DNA of 64,000 nt from Eutreptiella sp. 'Long Island Sound 2002' (lineage: Eukaryota > Protista > Euglenida), in contig OZ038378.1 of assembly GCA_964036045.1 (NCBI GenBank), forward strand, positions 167,152,001-167,216,000, given 5' to 3'. The translations under genes and the position numbers were made by a program. Positions 13,801 through 25,800 of the stretch are shown here, one piece after another (the first letter of the stretch is position 1; each line of letters begins with the position of its first letter). A model generated the notes under the pieces. It had not been told where the DNA came from. It searched no databases and worked only from the letters and a program-made list of their open reading frames with translations.

Positions 13801-16800
13801 GCAGCAGGGCGTTTGTTTCAGGGTCATGCACCCGAAGCCATTCACACCGCATTCGACGAGCGGACGATCCTTTTCTTCGGTGCTGTTTTCATGCCCCCCA
13901 GGCCCCACCCCCATCAATGGCAACATGCGGAGGCTCTGATATGGGTCAATGGCCGGTGGGGCATTGGGTAGGCCAGGGCCTCTCCTGTTCAGCCAGAGGC
14001 AGAGGGGTCCCTGGGGAGCCCTTTGCCATCCTGCCCCCCCTTCCCCCCCCCCTCTTTAAGGACTGGCCCCCGTCCCCCCCCCCCGTCCCCCCTCCGCTCA
14101 ACGGTGGATCGCCGGCCAACCTCCATCGGCTACTCGCCAATCGCCGTTGGCCACTCTGAAGGCCACACAACCCAGAGGCAGCGGCTTTTCTTGTTTGCGT
14201 TTTTGTATTGCTCTGAAGGATCCCCCTGGGGAGGGCTTGGGCCAGGCGGACAGTGGAGTCACATCTACAGGCAACTGTCTTTTCCTACGGGGCATGGGGC
14301 GTATTGGTGCAGGAAGGCTTTGGTAAGCCCGCGCTCGGGCATGCAATGTGCATCGAAGGGGCACTACGGACAGCCCTCGCACAAATAGGGAAGCGCAAAT
14401 GGTTCTCGGTCCATCACACGTGACATGTTGACTTCTGTCACACGTGACATGTTGACTTCTGTGGTGAACTTGGAGCGTACAGCACGCGTGCATCGGCAGG
14501 GGCACAGTCATCACCACAGCCCACTGCACTCGTGTTTCGCATCATCGCTCTCTGGGTTCCACACAGTGGCCCACGCCTTTCCTCGCCTGTAGAGTCAGCG
14601 TGCGAAGCAGCGCCATGCGGACGCCCAAGGCTCACACCGGCAGTTGCAGGCGTCGCTGCTGGAGGAGGAGCAGGACCAGCGCGAGGCGCGTGCCGATGCC
14701 CTGGAAGCAGCAGCGGACATGGAGACGGAGCAAATCCTGTCCCCAACACGTCAATCACGTCACTCGCCCCCACCCCAGTCACGCTGGCACGATGCGTCGC
14801 CCCTGAATTCCCCAAGCCTGAGCCCCATCCTGTCCCAGGACGGACCGGCGCTGCTGCCCCCGCCGAACCCCCTGTCACCCACCGGTATGCGACTGCACAG
14901 CAGAGGACAGTGGTCAGGGATGCATTTGAGGGGGGGGGGGGGGGCTAAGGGCTTCAAGAGTGACTGCAAAAGACTCTACCGTCGGAGCGACAATCGGTCA
15001 AGAGGCAATTTTTAGCGGGTGCAAACCGATTTGGGCAGAGGCGGTTGGCAGTGCTGACCCTCACTCCAAAAAGCGGGGGTGGGGGCTTTCTCCCTTTGAA
15101 AGCCTCGTGTATTTGTGGTGCGCTGCAAGTTGTGGCGCGGGTTGGCGTCGCGGCACTTTTTTTTTCGGGGGGAATACAAGAATCACGACCAGGCTACTGC
15201 TTGGCGGCCCGTCATCTTTACCGAGGGGGGTGGGGACCTCATTGTGGGGCACTCCGCCGTGGCTAAGCGCTTCCACTCCGCACTGAAGATTGTGGTCGTG
15301 TTGATCCTTGATGTGTTGGTGCCACGACCCGCCACCGATGGAGGGGCAAAAACGGTGGGCCAACACAGCGGCTTGGTGGACCTTCGCGAATGGCGAGAAG
15401 TCGACTGACGCCGCCAACTGCCAGGAGAGCAGCAACATTTGAGGGCATCGTCTCAAACCCCGCTTGTGGGGGCTTGGAGCGGGCTTTGGGATGAATGCCT
15501 CAGAAGCAACCCCAGACGTTGGCTGTGGCTTATGGATTGGATGCCATGCCTTCACGGTCCGAGTTGTTGCGTGCAGAATTCCGTTTTTCGTATTCTATCT
15601 TTGTCTTCTTGTGCCATGACAACGCATCTTGTGCTTGTGTTGTGAAAGGCAATGAGTCCCATGCCAAGCGGGCACATTTGAATTTGTAAAGGTTCCGGTG
15701 TGCGAATGCAGGCCAAGATTTTCCCCTCGTGTGGGTGGGTGGCCGAACCCCGCCGGAGCTCCCTCCCCCCGCACGCCTGGGTCACTGAGCACTGGCCTGA
15801 TCAGGACGGTTGTCACGGTGAATTGGAGGGAGAATGTGGCAATGTGAGGAAGTACAGGGAAGCATGCGCAACTGTGCAAAGCGTGCAAAGCGCCCATGTG
15901 TTCGCATATGTTTCATTGCTGGCCGATCGCATGATCCATAACCCCCGCCCCTGCCCAGAATTGAACAGTTTGCCAAGCCCCAGGCTGCAGCCACTGTTGT
16001 TCAGCTTGTTTTTGCATGTTGCAAAAAGTACCTGGCGTTGCTGCTCCGCACAGGTGGTTGACGGACAGGGGCCTCCAGCCAATTTCCCAGGGTGTCGTGG
16101 GCGGTAGAAGGCTGCAGTTGCAACCGCGTTTGCCGTTGTAGCGTTCGTTTCTTGTCATGCGCCATTTTGGGGAACAACCACGGCTTCCACGCCTCTCAGC
16201 CCAATCTCCTTGTCCATGGCAGTGATGTGGGCCTTTCACCCAATGCTTCGGCGAAGCACACCAGCACAACACACGTGTGCAACGCACACCTGCACCAGCA
16301 TTTCATCCCGCATCCCGACCGCCGAAAAAGCAGCCCAATCCATGACACCCAAGCGAGAGTGTGTCTTTGGAACTCCTGGACCCACCCCTGCACGAGCATC
16401 GTGCAGGGGCAGGCCAGAACCAGCGAATCCAGTGGTCCGGGCAACACGCGCGGTTCTGTACATGGCCAACGGTGAGGAAAGGCATCGGGTCAATCTGATA
16501 AAGCGACGCCACCTTCCAAGAATACCCCTCGTTTCGACAGATGGGGAGCTGTCCCCTTGCCCCCCCCCCCCCCTTTTCCCCAACGCATGCACACACTACC
16601 GTCCTCTTCCATGGCCTCTGTTGCTTTCACCATCCGCTTTCCGACACAAAAATAATTGTCAGTCTCCCGCCAAAAAGGGGCGTACCTAAGCTCTGGGCTG
16701 TCCATTGTCCCGCAGGCAGCATTCCACGCATTGGCAGCTTGCCGTACAGCGTGAGCTCCACCGCCAGCGTCAGCTCCACCTCCAGTTACAGTTGCAGCAG

Positions 16801-19800
16801 GCCCTCCGTTGCGTCCAGCGCGCCGTCTATTACGTCCACTGCTGAAGAGGCTGCCTCAGCTCTGGCTGCCTCCAACTACGGTCCCCTCAGGATGGCTGGC
16901 AAGCCCACTTCCCAGGTATAGTTCTTGGGCCAGAGAAGCAGTGAAAGGGCATTGCGCATTGCCTGCCTCACATGCGTGTTTGTCTGGGTCTTGCAGCCGG
17001 TGCACAGAGTGCCCTGGCAGTGGATGCCGCTTGAAAGATAGTTTCCCTAGGGTGTCTGGAGGGTGACACAGGACTCAAGGTATGACAGCAGGACGGTGTG
17101 CGATATGCTTTCCTGCGATTCGAGAGTGTCCACACTTTTGAAGCTTCGGAATGGCCGAGATCTTTTTCCTTTCGTCTCCTATCCGCTTGCTTTCACTGCA
17201 TCGAGTTCTTATCGAAAGCATCCGATGTGTGTATTACGTGTGTGCCAGTGCATGCGATGTTCACAGGCTGGAATTTTTGCGGGATCAAAGACTCGGAAGA
17301 CTGCACGTGGTTCAAGTCTTCAGACGCTGTTCAAACAGAAGTGACAAGCCCCCCTCCCCCCCTTTCCGCAACGGCCGCTGTGCGCAATGAACACCCGATG
17401 GTCGGACGGCGCTGCTTCTGATAATATTTGTTACCCCGCGGTCGTGTCCAACGGCAGCCCCCCAGCCAAACGGCGCTGTTTTATCACCAAAGCAACAACC
17501 ACCTTGTGGTCAAACGGTGAAAGGTTACTGGTCGTTGCGCAAGCGGCGGGTACTGCGAGAGCCAATTGATTCCCTGGACGCCACACCAGCCGCCACCAAT
17601 ACGGCAACTCCCCGATCGCCACATCCACACCGACCGAGAGCCACAAACGCCCGCAAACGACCTAGTCACCATCCTCCTCCCACCCTCCCCCCCATCCAAA
17701 GGGGACATCAGCTGACTGGACGGTAAAAACCCGGTCCTCGGCCGCAGAGCTGGTTCCCACAGCGCTGTCCGTTTTGGGGTGAAGAGATTGACCGATAATT
17801 GGAACTCGTTTTGAGTGTGAGAAGTAACTTCATAAGTTCTTGTCGCTCTGCACACCGCGCGATATTCAAGGACGACCGACAAAGGGGGGTGGGTGACACA
17901 GTCTAAAGGCCCAGGATGCACAAGGCACACCGCAACGCCTTGTCAACAGCCCGGAGGTCGTGTGACTCAGCGGCTGCAGCACACGACGCCTGATCGGCAG
18001 GCACCGAGACGGAATCCCACAGTCATTACGCTGGGCCGCTCCAAGCGCGAGAATGTCCTCGATGACCTCCCCCCGGGCCGGAAGGGACTAATGCTTTGCT
18101 GGTGCCCGGCCTTGCGTCGACAAGCACTTGCATGTGCGGACCTCGAAGGGATGGCATTTGTCTGATGGTATTCGGTCACGTTGTTTTTTTCTGGAAAAAC
18201 CGCCCCCTCAAAGCCCCTCCCTGTGAATCACCGACCTGCCCTGAGCCTCCAAGGCGCGCGCAATGCCACGCACCCTTCATGGTCCCGCAGGACTACACAC
18301 GCCGGCCCATGATCGCCACAAACTACCACAAGAAAGGCAGGCAAGACGTCCTGACGTCGGAGGACGGCATGAGCGAAACGGCCTCCATCGTAACCGACAC
18401 GGCCACCGACACGGCCGAGGGCGTTGCGTACCCCGAGATCGTGATTCCCAAGAGCGTCGGTGAAGTCATGGGGATCGTCCAAGAGATGGTCAACGCGGAA
18501 CGGGCGCGGACCAGCCCTCTGAGGGACCGGACCAGCCCTCTGAGGGAGCGGAAGGTGCGCCCCCGCTCCAGTTCCGGGGGCACGAGGGAATCGGAGGGCG
18601 AGAACTGTTTGGCGTTCTCGTTTGTCGCCCCGGCCAAGCCCCGTCTCTGAAGGCGCATGGGGCTGCTCCATTGTCCCGGCGGAGCGCGGCTCGCTGAGCC
18701 GGCCTCGTGATTGATGGGGTTGCCCTTTCACGAAAGGGAATGTTTGCATGGGTTTGGGTCGCGCGTTTCGCAGGGGGACGTCCGTCGCCCGGTGGCATCC
18801 CCCCGGGGGTGCATCGCTGCAACACCCATTCCCTGGGGCCCAACGATCTGCTTTGGTGAAGGAGGGGCTGTGGCCCAGTGTCTCCCTCCCGAAGCAGCGT
18901 GTTGTCGAATCACTACTCCCGGTCTTCTTTGGGCATGGGCTCCCTGCTGCCCCTATGCCTCCCCTTTTGGCGTGGGCGTGTGCGTGGGCGATGGGGTACA
19001 GGGCCCACACGCAGAGGGGACTCACAGGGGCAGAAAAGCACGAAGGTATGACGGACAGTGGCACTGTTGGATCAAGTGGAGGCCCCGACCGAGGGGATAG
19101 AAGTCGCCGCCGCTGAAAGAGGGCGCCGTGGCAGGGGCTTGCCTGCCCCATCAGGAGGGCACCTTCCCCAGGGGGGGCGGGATGCTTTTGTCATGACCGT
19201 CATGATTGTGAGATGACCGGCCATGGCCCATGGCCTGGACCTGGGATGTGCCGGGACCACCGCGGGGGTGCCGCGCTGGTCAGGCCGTGTTCGTGGAAGG
19301 GCGAGGGAGGGAATGCATTACAGAGGTCCCTTTCACACCCCACGGCACTACGGGGGCTGGGGAACGCGAAGTGCAAGCGAAGGCGCCGAGAAGGTCCGCA
19401 GGGGAAGACAGGGCGCCAGAAGGTCCAGGGACGAAGAAAAAACTGAGAATTTCAGTGTGTTCGGAATTCGGAATCGCAGAATTGCAGAATTTCAGTGCGT
19501 CCAGCACCGCCTGGCGATTCAACGGATGTCCATTGGGGACGTCAGTGGGCCATTTGGGCGGGTGCGTTTGTGTATGCTCACATTTTTGGCGACGTTTTTC
19601 GGAGCGGTGGCTTGATCTCTGACGTGTTCTGCCATCGTTTGCAGGTGCGGTTTCACGAGGAGGTCCGGTCGCACAGCCCTCTGCTGCAACCCGCGGTCCG
19701 CGCCGCCTCCGTCCCATTACAGCCCAAGGACTGTTTTGCGCTGGAGAGCAGTGATTCGTCTGTGCAGGCCCACAGCATGGCCAGCCCCCAGAGCAAGCCC

Positions 19801-22800
19801 AAGAGGCATACGCACCAGCGGGCCCCCTCAGGGGCTGCTAAGAGGTGTGGACAGGGGCATGGCATGTGAGGATGAGAGGCAAACTCAGAGAGCGCCTGAT
19901 CTGTTGAATCCTGGGGCCCACTCCAGGAGGTCCTGACCAGTGTGTGAATAGGAAGTTTAGCCGCAGAGAAGCTGCCGTCTCCAAACACACCAGCTCTTTG
20001 CTGTGAACCGGCGTCGGTGGACGATGAACGACCGTCAGTGGACCACCAACCGCCGCCGCTTGACCACAACATCCTGCCGCCTCAAGAAGCCTGTCCTGCA
20101 GGTGAAGACCTGGGGGAGAGGGGGTTTCCAGTCCTTATCGAAGAAAATGAAAGCCTCCGGAAGGACCGCTCCGAATCAAACGACGTGAGGCAGCATGGCT
20201 TACCTGTAATTACTGGTCGACTGGTGCTCTGTTGAGGTACCGGAGCCCGGCAATTTTTGTTATTTTTCATTTTTCATGAACGCCCGTCCTCAGTTGATCA
20301 TGCGTGATTCGGGTCACACTCCCAATGCTGCTCCTCATAACAGTTGTCATCCCAGGGAACGGCGTGGGTCCAGATTCTGTTTCGGACCCTCATTTCGACC
20401 TCTCCTACCCCAAGCCCCACCCCTGCCCCGACCACACCCCGTGCTTCAACTCCTGCCTCTGCCCCCAGCCCTTCCCCCTCCCCACCCCATAGCCAATCGC
20501 CTGCCTCAGGGGTGACGAAAGCAAAAAGGTTCTGCGTCTGCGCAGCAGTTCGCTCAGCTCTGTTGCCTCCTCCGTGGACTGCCGCAGCAGTTCCCCGGTG
20601 CAACGGCGGCGCGGCGCGGCCTCTTGCCCGCCGGGGACCCCGGACTCCAAGTCGAGCCGAGACATCAGCCCCACGTCCCGGCGCTGGGCTGTCCCGCAGT
20701 CCCCGGCCACCCCCAAGGGCCGCAGGGATGTGAGCCCCACATGCCCCAGGCCCCGGTCGGGGTCCAAGGGGCACAGTACCGCGTCAACTCCAAGTGCTGC
20801 CCCCAAGCGGGTACGTGTCGTGCATGTGCGTGTGTTGGTGTGGGTGCGCCCGACGGGGCTGTTCCCTGCGGGCTTGGGCCGGAATGGCATACCTCTGGGA
20901 AGGTGGACGGGTGTGTACTGGAAGATTCGAACCCACGCCGGTGCCGGTGCCACCCGTACTGCTCGGGCAAACAACCGGACTGCAGGTTAGGGTTAGGGCT
21001 AGGGTCAGGGTCACCGAGCTGGTGGAACTAGTCTTGGTTTTATAATCAAGACTCGAACTAGGACCGAGCTGGGTCCTAGTCTTGCGTAACGCATGGGAAA
21101 TCACCGTTGAACAAAGACCGCTTGCTTTACAGATATGCCTCCACGGTCAGGACGGTCGTCCTGAAACACGGCTCAAAAATGGCTCATTTTCACCTCAAAA
21201 TGGACCACCGCGTGGCACCACGGCGTGGTACATGCCGCATTGAACACCCATTTGCCATCATTTGATAGCCCAATCGCCATGGAAGAATAACGGCCCTCAT
21301 TGCAAAGGCCCACTTGACACAGCGGCGATCGTCCTGAGTTTTCAGGACGATCGTCCTGAAAACAGCCCAAAAACGGCCATTTTTGGACACTAAATCGGCC
21401 ATAAAACGGGCTTGACGGCTCGAAAGGGCACAAAACCTGTTTGCCGTGATGCGCGTTTGCTTCCCGGTCGTTTTGAGCTACTTGGATGCCGATTTTGAGC
21501 CACGGTGTGGCGGCTACTGGACAAACCAACGATCGTCCTGAAAACGGCCAAAAACAGCCCAAAAACGGCCATTTTTGGACACTAAATCGGCCGTAGAACG
21601 AGCTAGACGGCTCGAAATGCAACGAAACTTGTTTGTGGTGATGCGCCTTGGCTCCGCGGTCGTTTTGAGCTACTTGGATGCCGGTTTTGAGCCGCGGTGT
21701 GGTCGCAAGGACTTTTCAAGCGCCTGCTGCTGCTGCTGCTTGCTGCTGCTTGCTGCTGCTTGCTAAAACGTGTAGCTCATCCTTGGACCCTAAAAGGTGG
21801 TGTAAAACCTCGACAGGGTAACCCAGCTCGGTAATAAAGACTCGAACTAGGACCGAGCTAGGTCCTAGTCTTGCGTAACGCATGGGAAATCACCGTTGAA
21901 GAAAGACCGCTTGCTTTACAGATATGCCTCCACGGTCAGGACGATCGTCCTGAAACACGGCTCAAAAACGGCTCATTTTCACCTCAAAATGGACCACCGC
22001 GTGGCACCACGGCGTGGTACATGCCGTATTGAACACCCATTTGCCATCATTTGATAGCCCAATCGCCATGGAAGAACAACGGCCCTCATTGCAAACGCCT
22101 ACTAGACACACCAACGATCGTCCTGAACTTTCAGGACGATCGTCCTGAAAACAGCCCAAAAACGGCCATTTTTGGACACTAAATCAGCCGTAGAACGGGC
22201 TAGACGGCTCGAAATGCAACGAAACTTGATTGTGGTCATGCGCCTTTGCTCCCCGGTCGTTTTGAGCTACTTGGATGCCGGTTTTGAGCCACGGTGTGGT
22301 CGCAAGGACTTTTTAACCGCCTGCTTGCTTGCTGCTGCTGCTTGCTGCTTGCTGCTGTTGCTGCCAAAACGTGTTGCTCACCCTTGGCCCCTAAAAGGTG
22401 GTGTAAAACCTCGACAGGGTAAACCCAGCTCGGTAATCAAGACTCGAACTAGGACCGAGCTGGGTCCTAGTCTTGCGTAACGCATGGGAAATCACCGTTG
22501 AAGAAAGACCGCTTGCTTTAGAGTTGTGCCTCCATGGTTACGACGATTGTCCTGAAACACGGCTCAATAACGGCTCATTTTCACCTCAAAATGGACCACC
22601 GCGTGGCACCATGGCGTGGTACACGCCTTATTGAACACCCATTTGCCATCCTTTGATAGCCCAATCGCCATGAAAGAACAACGGCCCTCATCGGAAACCC
22701 CTGCTTGGCGTAGCGGCGATCGTCCTGAACTTTCAGGACGATCGTCCTGAAAACGGCCAAAAACAGCCCAAAAACGGCCATTTTTGGACACTAAATCAGC

Positions 22801-25800
22801 CGTAGAACGGGCTAGACGGCTCGAAATGCAACGAAACTTGTTTGTGGTGATGTGCCTTGGCTCCGCGGTCGTTTTGAGCTACTTGGATGCCGGTTTTGAG
22901 CTGCGGTGGGGTCTCAAGGACTTTTTATGCGCCTGCTCCTGCTGCTGCTTGCTGCTTGCTGCTGCTGCTGCTGCTGCTGCTTGCTAAAACGTGTAGCTCA
23001 GCCTTGGCCCCTAAAAGGTGGTGTAAAACCTCGACAGGGTAAACCCAGCTCGGTAATCAAGACTCGAACTAGGACCGAGCTGGGTCCTAGTCTTGCGTAA
23101 CGCATGGGAAATCACCGTTGAAGAAAGACCGCTTGCTTTAGAGTTGTGCCTCCATGGTTACGACGATTGTCCTGAAACACGGCTCAATAACGGCTCATTT
23201 TTACCTCAAAATGGACCACCGCGTGGCACCATGGCGTGGTACACGCCTTATTGAACACCCATTTGCCATCCTTTGATGGCCCAATCGCCATGAAAGAACA
23301 ACGGCCCTCATCGGAAACCCCTGCTTGGCGTAGCGGCGATCGTCCTGAACTTTCAGGACGATCGTCCTGAAAACGGCCAAAAACAGCCCAAAAACGGCCA
23401 TTTTTGGACACTAAATCGGCCGTAGAACGAGCTAGACGGCTCGAAATGCAACGAAACTTGTTTGTGGTGATGTGCCTTGGCTCCGTGGTCGTTTTGAGCT
23501 ACTTGGATGCCGGTTTTGAGCCGCGGTGTGGTCGCAAGGACTTTTCAAGCGCCTGCTGCTGCTGCTGCTTGCTGCTTGCTGCTGCTAAAACGTGTTGCTC
23601 AGCCTTGGCCCCTAAAAGGTGGTGTAAAACCTCGACAGGGTAAACCCAGCTCGGTAACCCTTTTTAGTGTCTAGGGTGGACCTACCAGGTTTATTGCTGC
23701 TGCTTGCTAAAACGTGTAGCTCATCCTTGGACCCTAAAAGGTGGTGTAAAACCTCGACAGGGTAACCCAGCTCGGTAATCAAGACTCGAACTAGGACCGA
23801 GCTGGGTCCTAGTCTTGCGTAACGCATGGGAAATCACCGTTGAAGAAAGACCGCTTGCTTTGCAGATGTGCCTCCATGGTTACGGCGATTGTCCTGAAAC
23901 GCGGCTGGCAAACGGCTCATTTTCACCTCAAAATGGACCACCGTGTGGCACCACGGCATGGTACATGCCTTATTCAACACCCATTTGCCATCATTTGATA
24001 GCCCAATCGCCATGGAAGAACAACGGCCCTCATTGCAAACGCCCACTTGACACACTGGCGATCGTCCTGAGTTTTCAGGACGATCGTCCTGAAAACAGCC
24101 CAAAAACGGCCATTTTTGGACACTAAATTGGCCGTAGAACAGGCTAGACGGCTCAAAACGCAACGAAACTTGTTTGTGGTGATGCGCCTTTGCTCTCCGG
24201 TCGTTTTGAGCTACTTGGATGCCGGTTTTGAGCCACGCCGTGGCCACAAGGACTTTTGGACCTTCTGCTTGCTTGCTGCTGCTGCTTGCTGCTGTTGCTG
24301 CCAAAACGTGTTGCTCACCCTTGGCCCCTAAAAGGTGGTGTAAAACCTCGACAGGGTAAACCCAGCTCGGTAACCCTTTTTAGTGTCTAGGGTGGACCTA
24401 CCAGGTTTAGCAGCAGCAGCAGCAGCAAGCAAGCAGCAAGCAGCAAGCAGCAAGCAAGCAGCAGCACGCGCGAAATGGGTAAAAATCAGAACTCCGTCGT
24501 GGTGCTTCAGATTCGGGTGAAATTTTGGTGGATGATACCTATGGGTGTGAAGTACAATCGCACAAAGTTTGAGCCAGAAACTCAACGGTGGCGGCCGGGA
24601 ACGGGATTCGCAAGTGGCGGACCTCCGTTTCAAGATCTGTCAAAAATGGCCAGAAAATGCCATTTTTAGGGCAGTTTGGGTGCCTAGGATATGCGTGAAG
24701 GGGTCCATCTTCATTGGAACTATCCTAAATGATAAACAAACACCTATCATCATCGTTTAGTGTGGTATGTACCCAATTAGGGGCCTCAACGACCTCTTTT
24801 TGGGCCCAAAATACCACAAAATGGGCCTGAAAAGCACCCTTTTTGCATACCTTTTCAAATTACACCTTCTCGTGCTGTGTTTTATAGCCATGGATTGCAT
24901 TGGGCACCCTTGTGGTGATTAATAGCGATGAATGGGATCACTTTCAAGCCTTTTCCACATTGTCATCACCCTTCACTGCCCCATTTTGGCACGACAGAGT
25001 GGCGTTGAGCGCTCGCAGTGCACGCGCTAGGGTAGGGTTACAGGGGTCATCGGGGTCATCTGTAGGTCCAAAAATGGTCCAAAATCATTTTTTCCAAATT
25101 TGTTCCTAGACCCCTAGGGGTGCTCAAACAAGTGTTTTTAGCCCGTTTTCAGCCCATGGTGGCCCGTTTCGTGTCTAGGGTGGACCTAACAAGTTTAGCA
25201 AGCAGCAGCAGCAACAAGCAGCAAGCAGCAAGCAGCAGCAGCAAGCAAGCAGCACGCGCGAAATGGGGAAAAATGAGAAATCCATCGTTGTGCTTCCGAT
25301 TCAGCTGAAATTTCGGTGGATGGCAGCTATGGGTGTGAAGTACAATCACACAAAGTTTGAGCCAGAAACTCAACGGTGGTGGCCAGGAACAGGATTCGCA
25401 AGTGGCGGACCTCCGTTTCAAAATTCGTTGAAAATGGCCAGAAAATGCCTTGTTTTGGACAGTTTGGGTGCCTAGGATGTCCATGGAGGGTTCTATTTGC
25501 ATTGGAATCAATCTGGATGGTAAACAAACACCGGTTTAGTGTGTTTTGTGCCCGATTAGGGGCCTCAACGACCTCACCTCGAGGGTTAGGGTAACCCTCG
25601 GTTAGTAACCCTAACCCTCACCCTCACGTGGGTGTGTGGGTGTACATGTTTACCGCGTGGGTGCTTACCTTACTGCACTGTCTTCATGTCTCCATGTATA
25701 CGTGTGTTTATCTTTGTTCTTTCCGGTCATATTTACTTCGTGTGTGTCTGCCCTTGGGCTTTCCGGCGGAGGTGACCAGGTGGCCAGTCTGGTGTGGGTG

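Noticed and set aside
21173-25594. Recurrent short ORFs (MDTKSAVERARRLEMQRN.., MAVFGLFLAVFRT..)
   Set aside because: Translations of the tandem repeat units, with variable stops and frameshifts between copies.
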